Below, piece by piece: positions 40,342-50,264 of a stretch of DNA of 64,000 nt. Source of the stretch: an uncultured delta proteobacterium (lineage in GTDB: Bacteria; Myxococcota_A; UBA9160; SMWR01); the NCBI GenBank assembly GCA_963832165.1, contig CAWHTE010000007.1, forward strand, positions 864,001 to 928,000, in the 5' to 3' direction. The position numbers and the translations under genes were made by a program. Below the pieces are notes generated by a model. That model was not told where the DNA came from, did no database searches, and saw only the letters and a list, made by a program, of their open reading frames with translations. Within the stretch, counting starts at the first letter, position 1, and each line of letters opens with the position of its first letter.

Positions 40342-41415
40342 ATGCCGCCTCCCTATCGCGTGATCCAGTGGGCGACCGGTTCGGTCGGACGCGAAGCGCT
40401 GCGCGCCGTGCTCGACCATCCGCAGCTCGAGCTCGCGGGCGTGCGCGTCTATTCGGCGGACAAGGAAGGACGCGACGCGGGCGAGCTGTGCGGCGTCGCG
40501 CCGACGGGCGTGGGCGCGACGCAGAGCAGCGAAGCGCTGCTCGCGACCGACGCCGACTGCGTGCTCTACATGCCGCGCACGGCCGATCTCGGCGAGGTAT
40601 GCGCGCTGCTCGCGTCGGGCAAGAACGTGGTCGCGACGCCGTTCCTGTTCTACGGCCACGCCTATCCCGAAGCGGAGCGCGCGAAGCTCGAGCGCGCATG
40701 CGCGGAGGGAAAGAGCTCGGTGCACGGCACCGGGATCCATCCGGGCCTAGTCGGCATGGTGCTGCCGCTGGCGCTCTCGGGGATCTCGCGCCGGATCGAG
40801 TGGCTCACGATCCAGGAGCGCGCGAATTGGACCTTCTACGACAGCCCGCGCATCACGTTCGACAACATGCGTTTCGGCGCGCTGCCCGAGCACGCGACGC
40901 TCGCGGCGAATCCGTTCGCGCGCTGGAACGGCCAGCTGTTCGTGCAGCAGATCTGGCTGCTCGCGCACGGGCTGAACGCGCGGATCGACCGCGTGACGGA
41001 GGAGCAGGAGCTCGTCACCGCGGCCACGCGCTGCGAGATCCGCGGCGGCGTGATCGAGGCGGGCACGGTGTGTGGCCAGCGCTACCGCTGGCGCGGCGTG
41101 TCCGGCGAGCGGACGTTGATCGAGATCGAGGCGCTCTGGACGGTCGGGCCCGACTATCCCGAGAAGTGGCCGCGCCCGCGCGACGGCTGGACGATCCGGA
41201 TCGAGGGCGAGCCGTCGGCGCAGCTGCACTTCGTCTCACTCGCGAGCTTCGCGCGCCGCGACGTGCCGATCGATGAGCACGTGCACGCAGCCGACGTCGC
41301 GACCGCGATGCATGCGGTGAACTCGGTACCTGCGGTGTGCGAGGCGCCGCCCGGGATCCGCAGCGCGCTCGACCTGCCGCTCACGCGCGCGGGGATCGGC
41401 TTCGATGCCCATTAG
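40342..41415 (+). CDS. NAD(P)-dependent oxidoreductase, DapB-like / diaminopentanoate dehydrogenase family
   Basis: RVIQWATGSVG, KEGRDAGEL, LLASGKNVV, GTGIHPG, ATAMHAVNSVPAVCEAPPGI. Confidence 0.82.
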   Translation: MPPPYRVIQWATGSVGREALRAVLDHPQLELAGVRVYSADKEGRDAGELCGVAPTGVGATQSSEALLATDADCVLYMPRTADLGEVCALLASGKNVVATPFLFYGHAYPEAERAKLERACAEGKSSVHGTGIHPGLVGMVLPLALSGISRRIEWLTIQERANWTFYDSPRITFDNMRFGALPEHATLAANPFARWNGQLFVQQIWLLAHGLNARIDRVTEEQELVTAATRCEIRGGVIEAGTVCGQRYRWRGVSGERTLIEIEALWTVGPDYPEKWPRPRDGWTIRIEGEPSAQLHFVSLASFARRDVPIDEHVHAADVATAMHAVNSVPAVCEAPPGIRSALDLPLTRAGIGFDAH

Positions 41416-42031
41416 TCGCCTCCTCGAGATCATGGCGAAGCTGCGCGACCGCGACGGCGGCTGCCCTTGGGACCTCGAGCAGAGCTTCGAGACGATCGCG
41501 CCCTATACGATCGAAGAGGCCTACGAGGTGGATGACGCGATCCGCCGCAAGGACTGGGACGCCCTGCGCGACGAGCTCGGCGATCTGCTGCTCCAGGTGG
41601 TGTTCCACGCGCAGATGGCGCGCGAGGCGGGACACTTCGATTTCGACGACGTCTCTCGCGCGATCGGAGACAAGCTCGTGCGGCGCCACCCGCACGTGTT
41701 CGGCGATGCGAAGATCGCGAGCGCGGCGGCGCAGACCGACGCCTGGGAGCGTCAGAAGGCCGACGAGCGCGCCGCGCGCGGCGAACCGGGCGCGATGGAC
41801 GGCGTACCGCTGGCGCTTCCCGCCCTGTTGCGCGCGCGCAAGCTGATCTCGCGCGCCGCGCGAGCGGGGCTCGCGGAGTCCGGCTCGCCGGCCGAGCAGG
41901 TCACCGAGCGGTCGATCGGCGAGATGCTGTTCTCGGTCGTCGAGCTCGCACAGCGCGCAGGGATCGATCCCGAGCAGGCGCTGCGCGAAGCGAACGCCGC
42001 GTTCGAGCGACGCATGCGCGAGCGCGAGTGA
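41405..42031 (+). CDS. mazG: MazG family nucleoside triphosphate pyrophosphohydrolase (short form)
   Basis: LRDRDGGCPWD, IEEAYEV, ELGDLLLQVVFHA, KLVRRHPHVF; second domain shortened. Confidence 0.9.
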   Translation: MPISRLLEIMAKLRDRDGGCPWDLEQSFETIAPYTIEEAYEVDDAIRRKDWDALRDELGDLLLQVVFHAQMAREAGHFDFDDVSRAIGDKLVRRHPHVFGDAKIASAAAQTDAWERQKADERAARGEPGAMDGVPLALPALLRARKLISRAARAGLAESGSPAEQVTERSIGEMLFSVVELAQRAGIDPEQALREANAAFERRMRERE

Positions 42032-43156
42032 TCAGCTCTGCAGCTTCGCCAGTCGATCCACCGAGTCGATGTACTCCTCGACGAGCGTGTAGATCACGTC
42101 GCGCACCGCGAGCTTCTCGTTCATCGCGCCGACGATCTGGCCGACCGGGTTGAACGCGACCTTCTGCGCGGCCTTCGGGTAGCGGTGCACGCGCGTCATC
42201 GCCTCGGAGACGAGCATCCCCTGCAGCGGCATGCCGAGCGTGCCGGGCGACTCCTCCGATTCCCACGCGACGGTCCAGTCGTTCTTGAGCATGCGGGCCG
42301 GCTTGCCGGTCCACGAGCGCGACCGCACCGTGTCGCGGCTGGTGGCCTGGAGATACGAATCCATCTGCTCGGGCGACGCCTCGGCCTCCTCGACCGTGAG
42401 CCAGATCGAGCCGGTCCACACGCCCTGCGCGCCCATCCCGAGCGCAGCCGCGATCTGCCGGCCGCGGCCGACGCCGCCCGCCGCGAGCACGGGCGTCGGC
42501 GCCACCGCGTCGATCACTTCGGGCCAGAGCACCATCGAGCCGATCTCGCCGGTGTGGCCGCCGCCCTCGGTGCCCTGCGCGATGATGATGTCGACACCGG
42601 CAGCCTTGTGCTTCAGCGCCTGATCGGCGCGCCCGCATAGCGCGGACACCATCCGGCCCGACGCGTGGATGCGTTCGATCACGTCCTGGGGCGGCGTGCC
42701 GAGCGCGTTCGCGATCAGCTTCACTTTCGGGTGGCGCAGCGTGACCTCGACCTGCGGCGACGCGGTGGCCTCGGTCCAACCGAGCAGCTCGTTGCGGCGC
42801 TCCTCGCCGGCGGGCAGGTCGGGCACGCCGTGATCGGCGAGGATCTTGCGCGCGAACGCGCGGTGCTGCTCGGGGATCATCTTCTTGAGCATCTCCTCGA
42901 GCTTCTTCGGATCGGTCTCGCCGGTGCTCTTGCCCTCGTACTTGCCCGGGATCACGAAGTCGACACCGTACGGGTTGTCGCCGATGTGCTCGTCGATCCA
43001 GCGCAGCTCGACCTCGAGCTGCTCGGGCGTGAAGCCAACGGCGCCGAGCACGCCGAAGCCGCCCGCCTGCGACACCGCGACGACCACGTCGCGGCAGTGG
43101 GTGAACGCGAAGATCGGGAACTCGATGCCGAGCCGGTCGCAGAGTTCGGTGTGCAT
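42032..43156 (-). CDS. Nitronate monooxygenase / FabK-like flavin oxidoreductase
   Basis: PIFAFTHCRDVV, AQGTEGGGHTG, LAAGG, GAQGVWTGS, TGKPAR. Confidence 0.9.
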   Translation of the reverse strand: MHTELCDRLGIEFPIFAFTHCRDVVVAVSQAGGFGVLGAVGFTPEQLEVELRWIDEHIGDNPYGVDFVIPGKYEGKSTGETDPKKLEEMLKKMIPEQHRAFARKILADHGVPDLPAGEERRNELLGWTEATASPQVEVTLRHPKVKLIANALGTPPQDVIERIHASGRMVSALCGRADQALKHKAAGVDIIIAQGTEGGGHTGEIGSMVLWPEVIDAVAPTPVLAAGGVGRGRQIAAALGMGAQGVWTGSIWLTVEEAEASPEQMDSYLQATSRDTVRSRSWTGKPARMLKNDWTVAWESEESPGTLGMPLQGMLVSEAMTRVHRYPKAAQKVAFNPVGQIVGAMNEKLAVRDVIYTLVEEYIDSVDRLAKLQS

Positions 43157-43258
43157 GGGGGTCCTTAGGAGGTTAGAGGGATCAAGGTAACCGAAAGGGG
43201 TCGCGCGGCGTCTCAGGACGCGAGCGATCCACTATCCTCGAAAACGGAGGGCCAGACG

Positions 43259-43906
43259 ATGGGATTCCTCTCGCGCAAGACCGAGATGCCGACGCCGGCG
43301 ACCGCGCTCCCGGGGCGCGCGCAGGCGATGCCCGTGAAGCTCGAGCACTTCGTGCTGGGCAACCCGATCGCGCCGCCGTTCCCGGACGGACTCGAGCTCG
43401 CGCTGTTCGGCATGGGCTGCTTCTGGGGCGCCGAGAAGAAGTTCTGGCAGGCGCCGGGCGTCTACACGACGGCGGTCGGCTATGCGGCCGGCATCACGCC
43501 GAACCCGCTCTACGAAGAGGTCTGCAGCGGGCGCACGGGTCACAACGAGGTGGTGCGCGTGGTGTTCGACCCCGCGGCCACGAGCTATGCCGAGATGCTG
43601 CGGATCTTCTGGGAGACCCACGATCCGACCCAGGGCATGCGGCAGGGCAACGACGTCGGCACGCAGTACCGGTCGGGGATCTACGTCTACGGCGACACCC
43701 AGCGCGCGGCCGCGATCGCGTCGCGCGACGCCTACACCGCGCGCCTGCGCGCGGCGGGCTACGGCGCGATCACCACCGAGATCGTCGATGCGCCCGAGTT
43801 CTACTATGCCGAAGACTATCACCAGCAGTACCTCGCCAAGAACCCGCATGGCTACTGCGGGCTCGGCGGTACGGGCGTCTCGTGCCCGATCGGAACGAAT
43901 GCCTGA
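43259..43906 (+). CDS. msrA: Peptide methionine sulfoxide reductase A
   Basis: [46 protein letters not shown]. Confidence 0.97.
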   Translation: MGFLSRKTEMPTPATALPGRAQAMPVKLEHFVLGNPIAPPFPDGLELALFGMGCFWGAEKKFWQAPGVYTTAVGYAAGITPNPLYEEVCSGRTGHNEVVRVVFDPAATSYAEMLRIFWETHDPTQGMRQGNDVGTQYRSGIYVYGDTQRAAAIASRDAYTARLRAAGYGAITTEIVDAPEFYYAEDYHQQYLAKNPHGYCGLGGTGVSCPIGTNA

Positions 43907-45154
43907 CTAGCTCAGGACCGGAGCCGGATCGAAGCTCACCCGCATTTCCTTCACGCCATTGATGAAGTTCGAGCGCAGCCGGCGCGGCTTGGCCGTGCGC
44001 TCGATGCCGTCGATGCGCGTGACGAGCTCGCGGAAGATCTCCTGGAGCTCCATGCGCGCGAGGTTCGCGCCGAGGCAATAGTGCTCGCCGTAGCCGAACG
44101 CCACGTGGTCGTTCGGCGAGCGGCGGATGTCGAAGCGCTGCGGCTCCGGGAACACTTCTTCGTCGCGGTTCGCCGACGGGTACCACAGGATCAGCTTCGC
44201 GTTCTCGGCGATCTTCTGGCCGCGGATCTCGCACTCCTGCGTGGCGGTGCGCCGGAACGAATGCACCGCGGGCGAGAAGCGCAGGATCTCCTCGACCGCA
44301 CCGTCGAGCAGTGACATGTCCTGCTTGAGCGCGCGCAGCTGATCGGGGTGGTCGAGCAGGCTGATCATGCCGTTCGTCGTGACGGTGCGCGTGGTCTCGT
44401 TGCCCGCGATCAAGAGCAGCAGGAAGAAGAAGTTGAACTCCTCGGCCGTGAGCTTGCGCCCGTCGAGCTCCACGTTCACGAGCGCCGTGGCGAGGTCGTT
44501 CCCGGGATGCGAGAGCGCCTTGTCGCGCAGCTTCGCGGCGTACATGAACATCTGCGCCGACAGCTGCATGTTCTCGTCGGCGGCCTCCTTCATCTCGAGA
44601 GACAGCGTCTTGCCGTCGTGGTACTCGGGGTCGTCGAAGCCGACCATCTTGTTGCCGATCTCGTAGACGTTCTGGCGATCCTCTTCGGGCACGCCCATCA
44701 GCTCGGTGATCACGAGCATCGGGAGCGGCGCGGCGAGCTCCTCGACGAATTCGCACTCGCCCTTTTCGATCACCCGGTTGACGATCTCGCGGCACATCTG
44801 CGCGATGCGCGGGCGCAGTCCGTCGACCATGCGCGGCGTGAACGCCTTGTTCACGAGCATGCGGTAGTTGCGGTGCTTGGGCGGGTCCATGCTGAGCATG
44901 ACCTGCTGGATGAACGCGAGCGCGCCGGGGTCGGGATCGCGGATCAGGCTGCCCTGTCGCTCCGACGAGAACTCGATCGGGCGGCGCGAGATCTGCTTCA
45001 GATCTTCGTACTTGGTGATCGCCCAGTAGCCCCCGCCCTTCGACTCCTCCTGCCAGAACACGGGTGCCTCGCGCCGCAGCACTTCGAACATGTCGTGGGG
45101 ACAGTCGCGCTCGAACGCGTCGAGGTCGTTCAGGTTCACTTCGGAGAGCTTCAT
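43907..45154 (-). CDS. Cytochrome P450 (lipid/sterol-oxidising CYP124/125/142-like)
   Basis: MDPPKH, AGNETT, EEILR, FRRTA, SANRDE, FGYGEHYCLG. Confidence 0.94.
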   Translation of the reverse strand: MKLSEVNLNDLDAFERDCPHDMFEVLRREAPVFWQEESKGGGYWAITKYEDLKQISRRPIEFSSERQGSLIRDPDPGALAFIQQVMLSMDPPKHRNYRMLVNKAFTPRMVDGLRPRIAQMCREIVNRVIEKGECEFVEELAAPLPMLVITELMGVPEEDRQNVYEIGNKMVGFDDPEYHDGKTLSLEMKEAADENMQLSAQMFMYAAKLRDKALSHPGNDLATALVNVELDGRKLTAEEFNFFFLLLLIAGNETTRTVTTNGMISLLDHPDQLRALKQDMSLLDGAVEEILRFSPAVHSFRRTATQECEIRGQKIAENAKLILWYPSANRDEEVFPEPQRFDIRRSPNDHVAFGYGEHYCLGANLARMELQEIFRELVTRIDGIERTAKPRRLRSNFINGVKEMRVSFDPAPVLS

Positions 45155-45783
45155 CGGTTTTCTCCCATGGCGTCTTCGGTCCGTGCTGCCGCGCTCGACG
45201 TGAGGCGCGCAAGCTTGCGCAGGAACTGGGTCTGGCGGTCGACGGTGGCGGTCGCGAGCGGGTCCTCGCCCAGCAGCTCGCCGATCAGCGGTGCCACTGC
45301 GAAGTAGCCCGCGATCAGCTGCACCCACATCGCCACCACGCGCGTGTGTTCGTCTTCCGTCCACGGCGAGCCGACCTCGCGCTTCATCTCGCCGAGCGCG
45401 CGCGCGAGGATCGGCTGGATCCAGACGCGCGTGAGCGGCAACAGGTGCGCGGCGCCCGTGAGCGCCTCGTGGTAGATCAGGCGCGCGACGTTGGGGCGGC
45501 GCGCGAGGTGCTCCATCGCGCGGCCGAGCGTCGCGTCGAGCGCATCGAGCTCGCGCTCGTGGCTCCCGAGGTCCTCGACCACGTCCATGAGCGGGCGCAG
45601 GCCGCGCTCGAGCACCGCGGCGTACAGCGCCTCCTTGCCCTCGAAGTGGTTGTAGAGGCTCGCCGCGGTCAGGTCGACGGCCGCCGCGATGTCGCGCACC
45701 GCGGTGCCCGCGAAGCCGCGCTCCGCGAACAGGGCCTCGGCCATGTCGAGGATGCGGTCGCGCGTGATGGGGGGCTGGGGCAT
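45151..45783 (-). CDS. TetR/AcrR family regulator cotranscribed with the P450
   Basis: RILDMAEALFAERGFAGTAVRDIAAAVDLTAASLYNHFEGKEALY. Confidence 0.92.
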   Translation of the reverse strand: MPQPPITRDRILDMAEALFAERGFAGTAVRDIAAAVDLTAASLYNHFEGKEALYAAVLERGLRPLMDVVEDLGSHERELDALDATLGRAMEHLARRPNVARLIYHEALTGAAHLLPLTRVWIQPILARALGEMKREVGSPWTEDEHTRVVAMWVQLIAGYFAVAPLIGELLGEDPLATATVDRQTQFLRKLARLTSSAAARTEDAMGENR

Positions 45784-45827
45784 GGGGATCCCGGGATCCA
45801 CGGCGGCTGCCGGGTCGGTCGGCCTGA

Positions 45828-45869
45828 TAAACGAACATTTGTTTACACGACCAAACGAGCGCGCGTCAA
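45828..45869 (-). promoter_or_regulatory. Candidate operator palindrome and -35 box for the TetR-P450 operon
   Basis: Imperfect palindrome TAAACgaacatttGTTTA at 45828-45845; TTGACG on the minus strand at 45864-45869. Confidence 0.55.
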
Positions 45870-45944
45870 CGCTTTTCTCGAGAAAATCGCCGCCTCCGGG
45901 GTCGAGGCGAAGACGGGGGTGAGTCCCTACAGGCCGGCGGTCGG

Positions 45945-47225
45945 CTACGCGCGCGGCGGCGGGCCGATCTCGATCATGCCGTCGCGGGCGAGCTCGACGA
46001 ACACCGCCACGAGCTCCGGGTCGAACTGGGTGCCCGCGCAGCGCTCGAGCTCGGCCAGTGCGCCGTCGAATCCGAGCGGGGTCCGGTAGCTGTCATCGGA
46101 CGTGATCCGATCGGCCGCGTCGCAGAGCGCGATGATGCGCGACTCGCGCGGGATCGCGTTGCCCTTCAGGCCGTCGGGATAGCCGCGGCCGTCGAACCAC
46201 TCGTGGTGGTGGTAGACGATCGGCGCGAGATCGCGCCAGAGCCGGATCCGCGACAGCATGCGGTGGCCGTACATGCAGTGCTTCTCGCAGGTGTCGCGCG
46301 TCATGAGCTGGGTCGTGTCGACCTTGAGCATGCCGATGTCGTGCAGCAGCGCCGCGAAGTGCAGGCGCGAGAGCGCCTGGTCGTTCATGCCGAGGCGCCT
46401 GCCGAGCCGATTCGCGAGCTGCGCCACGCGCTGACCGTGCCCGCGGTGGAAGCCCTGGTGCGCGTCGAGCGCGGTGGCGAGGATGTCGGTGACGTGCGAG
46501 AAGAAGTTGCGCTGCGACTCGCGCAGATCGGCGTTGTGGAGTGCGACGGCCGACATGCTCGCGAGGGTCGAGAGCGCGCCGAGCTCGCCCGCATCGAACG
46601 GCGCGGAGCCGTGGCGCAGCACCGCGATGGCTCCCTGCGCGACGGAGTTCGCGGGCAGCGGCACGGCCGCGGCGGCCATGTCGCCGGTCTCCGATACGCG
46701 CATCGCGGGCCGGCCCGTCTCGACGGAGAGGCGGACGATCTCCTCGATCGCGCCCGCGTGAGCGGTGTAGAGCCGCTCGGCTTCGGGGCCCGCGCTCTGC
46801 GCGAGCGCCGGCAGCGCGTCGCCGTCGCTCTTCAGGAACGCATAACCCGCTTCCGCCTCTTCGATCTCCCTCGCACGCGCGGTGGCGGACTCGAGCACGT
46901 CGCTCACATGCTCGGAGTCGCCGAGTGCGTTCGACCACTCGAGCAGGCCCGCGAGCCGCTCGTTGTCGCGCTTCATGCGCGAGAGTGCGCCGTGGATCAG
47001 GCGCCGCAGCACCAGGAAGGCGCCGAACGTGAGCGCGCCCGTGCCCACGAGTGCCGCGATCAGGCCGAGCTCGTTCGCGCGCCCCTCGAGGCTCGGCAGC
47101 GCGAACCGATCGACGACGAGCCCGAGCCCGATCAGCGGTACGACCGCGCCCAGGAAATAGACGATGAATGCGGCGCGATCGAGTTCGCCCGATAAGACCC
47201 GCTCTCGCCAGCCGCCAGTCCGCAT
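45945..47225 (-). CDS. Membrane-anchored GAF plus HD-GYP domain protein
   Basis: Two N-terminal TM segments, GAF-like AAVPL...ALHNA, GHGQRVA, LLHDIG, HHEWFDGRGYP, AGTQFDP. Confidence 0.88.
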   Translation of the reverse strand: MRTGGWRERVLSGELDRAAFIVYFLGAVVPLIGLGLVVDRFALPSLEGRANELGLIAALVGTGALTFGAFLVLRRLIHGALSRMKRDNERLAGLLEWSNALGDSEHVSDVLESATARAREIEEAEAGYAFLKSDGDALPALAQSAGPEAERLYTAHAGAIEEIVRLSVETGRPAMRVSETGDMAAAAVPLPANSVAQGAIAVLRHGSAPFDAGELGALSTLASMSAVALHNADLRESQRNFFSHVTDILATALDAHQGFHRGHGQRVAQLANRLGRRLGMNDQALSRLHFAALLHDIGMLKVDTTQLMTRDTCEKHCMYGHRMLSRIRLWRDLAPIVYHHHEWFDGRGYPDGLKGNAIPRESRIIALCDAADRITSDDSYRTPLGFDGALAELERCAGTQFDPELVAVFVELARDGMIEIGPPPRA

Positions 47226-47339
47226 GATCCCCGCGCAGAGTGATAGGCCCTCCCCGATCGGCGGATCGCCGCTCCCGCTGTAATAATAGAATGGCGCCCC
47301 GTGGGGTCGGCGGGAAGGCCCGGTATGGTTGGAGATCCC

Positions 47340-48215
47340 GTGCCCGAGCTCCCCGAAGTCGAGGTCACCCGCCGGCGGATCGCGCCCCATCTCGTGGGTC
47401 GCCAGATCCGGCGCCTGCGCACGACGCGGCCGAGCTACTTCTTCGTCACGTCGCCCGCGCGCCTGCGCCGCGCGCTCGCGGGCCGCACCGCGGTCGGGCT
47501 CGAGCGGCACGGCAAGTACCTGCTCGTGGTGCTCGACGACGGGGCGCGGCTCGTGCTGCACCTGGGCATGACGGGACAGCTGTTCTCCGCGGGCGTCGCG
47601 AGCCCGCGCCTGCTCTCGGCCACTGCGCGCGCGAGCCTCGCGCCCGAAGACCAGCTGTATTTCCGCCCGGACTCCCACACACATCTGTGTTTCGAGTTCG
47701 AGGACGGCGGACCCGAGGTGTACCTGCGCGACACGCGCAAGTTCGGAAAGGTGTTCTGGCTCGCCGACGGCGAGGCGCATCCGCGCCTCGCGCGGCTCGG
47801 CATCGATGCGCTCGAGGTCGACGGCGCGCGGCTGTTCGCTGCCACGCGCAAGCGGAGCGTGGCGATCAAGAACCTGCTGCTCGATCAGTCGATCTTCGCG
47901 GGCGTCGGCAACATCTACGCCGACGAGGCGCTCTTCCTCGCGGGCGTGCGGCCCACGCGCAGCGCCGCGCGCGTGACGCGCGCCGAGTGTGATGCGATCG
48001 CGCGTGGTCTCCAGCAGGTGCTTCGGCGCTCGATCGAGACGGGCGGCTCGAGCATCAGCGACTACGTCGCACCGGACGGGCGCGACGGCGAATACCAGAG
48101 CGAGCGCCGCGTGTACGCGCGGCGCGGCGAGCCCTGCCTCTCCTGCGGGGCGGCGATCGCGCGCGTGGTGGTCGGCGCGCGCGGCACCCACTACTGCCCG
48201 CGCTGCCAGAGGTAG
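47340..48215 (+). CDS. mutM: Formamidopyrimidine-DNA glycosylase
   Basis: N-terminal PELPEVE, RHGKYL, HLGMTG, GVGNIYADE, zinc finger CLSC...CPRCQ. Confidence 0.96.
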   Translation: MPELPEVEVTRRRIAPHLVGRQIRRLRTTRPSYFFVTSPARLRRALAGRTAVGLERHGKYLLVVLDDGARLVLHLGMTGQLFSAGVASPRLLSATARASLAPEDQLYFRPDSHTHLCFEFEDGGPEVYLRDTRKFGKVFWLADGEAHPRLARLGIDALEVDGARLFAATRKRSVAIKNLLLDQSIFAGVGNIYADEALFLAGVRPTRSAARVTRAECDAIARGLQQVLRRSIETGGSSISDYVAPDGRDGEYQSERRVYARRGEPCLSCGAAIARVVVGARGTHYCPRCQR

Positions 48216-48218
48216 ACG

Positions 48219-49719
48219 GTGCTCAGCCTGCGAGAGCTCGAGCGTGCCACGGCGATCCTGCGCCGCGAGATCGTGGACCACCGGATCCAGCAGGTGGTGC
48301 AGCCCGACGCGACCACGATCGTGCTCGAGCTCTACGGCGGCGGGGAGAGAGAGGGGCGCCGGCGCTGGCTCGCGCTCTCCTGTGACGCCGCGCGCGCGCG
48401 CGTGGGTGAGCCGGGCGAATCGCCCGGCAGCGGCGGGGCCGCCCCGCCGCGCTTCGCGCAGTACCTGCGCGCGCACCTGCGTGGCGCACGCGTGTGGGAC
48501 GTGGAGCTGATCGACGGCGAGCGTCAGCTCGCGCTGCGCACGCGCGGAGCCGAGGGCGACCTCACGCTCCTGCTCGCGATCTTCGGGCGCAAGAGCAACC
48601 TCGTGGCCCTCGACGCAGAAAACAGGATTGCACTGACGATGCGCCCGCTCGCGGAGACGCGGCCCGAGCTCGCGCAGGGCGAGCCGTGGCGGCCGCCGGG
48701 CCGCACTCTGCCGCGCGCGGGCGAGGATCGCTTCGCGGCCGTGCCCGATGCGGACTATCTCGCGGCGATCGAGGCGCACTACGCCGAGCGCGATCGCGAG
48801 AGCGGCGAGCACGACCTGCGCCGGCGCATCGAGGGCGCGCTGCGCAAGGAGGTGAAGTCGCTCGATCGCAAGCTCGAGAAGGTGGCGCGCGAGCTCGCGA
48901 GCGCCGAGGCCGCGGCGCAGCTGGAGCGCCAGGGCGAGCTGCTCAAGAGCGCACAGGGGCGCGTCGAAGCGCGGCGACCGCGAGGTCGTGGTGCGCGACT
49001 GGGACAGCGGCGCCGAAGTGCGGATCGAGCTCGACCCGACGCTCGGCCCGAGCGAGAACCTCGAGCGGATCTTTGCGCGCTACCGAAAGGGCGTGCGCGC
49101 GCTCACCAAGGCCGGCGCGCAGCACGTCGCCGTGCGCGATGCGCGCGATGCGGCGGCGGCGCTCGAGGCCGAGCTCGCGGCGCTCGCGGACGGCCCGGCG
49201 CTCGAAGCGTTTGCGGAGCGCGCCGAGGTGGCGCGGCTCGTCAAGAAGTACGCGCCGGCGCCGGCGCCGGCCGCGCGCCCGGAAGCCCGGGAAGTGAAGG
49301 TCGCGGGTCGCGTGCTGCCCGCGAAGTATCTGCCGCGCCGCTACCGCACGGCCGACGATCTCGAGATCTGGGTCGGACGCAGCGACGACGCGAACGACTA
49401 TCTCACCACGAAGCTCGCGCGCGGGAAGGACCTGTTCTTCCACGTCGCGGCCACACCGGGCAGTCACGTGATCCTGCGCACGGGCGGCCGCGTCGACCCG
49501 CCCTCCGATGCGATCCTCGACGCGTGCGAGCTCGCGGTGCACTACTCGAAGGCCAAGAACGCGACGCGCGTCGACGTGCACGTGGTGCCGATCGCGAACG
49601 TGCGCAAGCCGAAGGGTGCCAAGCCCGGACTCGTCCAGGTGCACGGTGGCAAGAACGTGCACCTGCGCCGCGAAGAGGCGCGCCTGCGGCGCGTGCTCGA
49701 GGCGAGGATCGAGGATTGA
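48219..49719 (+). CDS. RqcH/FbpA (NFACT) family protein, split by a one-base frame break near 48966
   Basis: NFACT-N-like start (IQQVVQPD...RFAQYLRAHL...GRKSNLVAL), coiled coil, and NFACT-R (IWVGRSDDAND...FFHV...PGSHV...VRKPKGAKPG) in the next frame. Confidence 0.85.
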
Positions 49720-50201
49720 GGGCGGCGGCGTGGATCGCGGCGCTCGCGCTGGTTGCGGCGCCACTCTCTGCGCGCGCCGAGACCCTGACGGGAAAGGTCG
49801 TCTCGGTCGCGGACGGCGACACGATCACCATTCTCGTGGATCGGGAGCAGGTCAAGGTGCGGCTGGCGGAGATCGACACACCCGAGCGCGGCCAGCCCTG
49901 GGGCAAGCGGGCGAAGCAGGCGCTCATCGAAAAGATCGCCGGCCACGTCGTACAGGTCGAGACGAAGTTCAACGACCGCTACGGCCGCCGCGTCGGCCAC
50001 GTCGTCTACAGCGGGCGTGACGTCAATCGCGAGCTCGTGCGCGAGGGACACGCCTGGGTGTACCGCCAGTGGCTGCGCGACGAGACGCTGCTCGACGACG
50101 AAGCCTACGCGCGCGCCGCGCGCGCGGGCCTCTGGGGCCTTTCCGAATCCGAGCGCGTGCCGCCGTGGGAGTGGCGTGACGCGACGCGTAGGGCGGACTA
50201 G
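49716..50201 (+). CDS. Secreted thermonuclease (SNase) family protein
   Basis: Signal peptide, VADGDTI, VRLAEIDTPE, DRYGR, NRELVREGHAW, GLW. Confidence 0.92.
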   Translation: MRAAAWIAALALVAAPLSARAETLTGKVVSVADGDTITILVDREQVKVRLAEIDTPERGQPWGKRAKQALIEKIAGHVVQVETKFNDRYGRRVGHVVYSGRDVNRELVREGHAWVYRQWLRDETLLDDEAYARAARAGLWGLSESERVPPWEWRDATRRAD

Positions 50202-50263
50202 CCCGCAAGCTTCGCGCAACGAGCCGAAGGCGAGCGAAGACCCTCAGGCGGGCGTAATCCGCC
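50188..50263 (+). repeat. Composite REP-like element with a nested second repeat, between convergent genes
   Basis: GTAGGGCGGAcTAgCCCGC ... GCGGGcgTAATCCGCC arms enclosing tcgcgcaacgagccgaaggcgagcgaag. Confidence 0.75.
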
Positions 50264-50264
50264 A

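Noticed and set aside
48219..50201. Apparent 660-aa RqcH-thermonuclease fusion
   Set aside because: The middle is an off-frame reading of the NFACT-R region; the nuclease has its own start and signal peptide.
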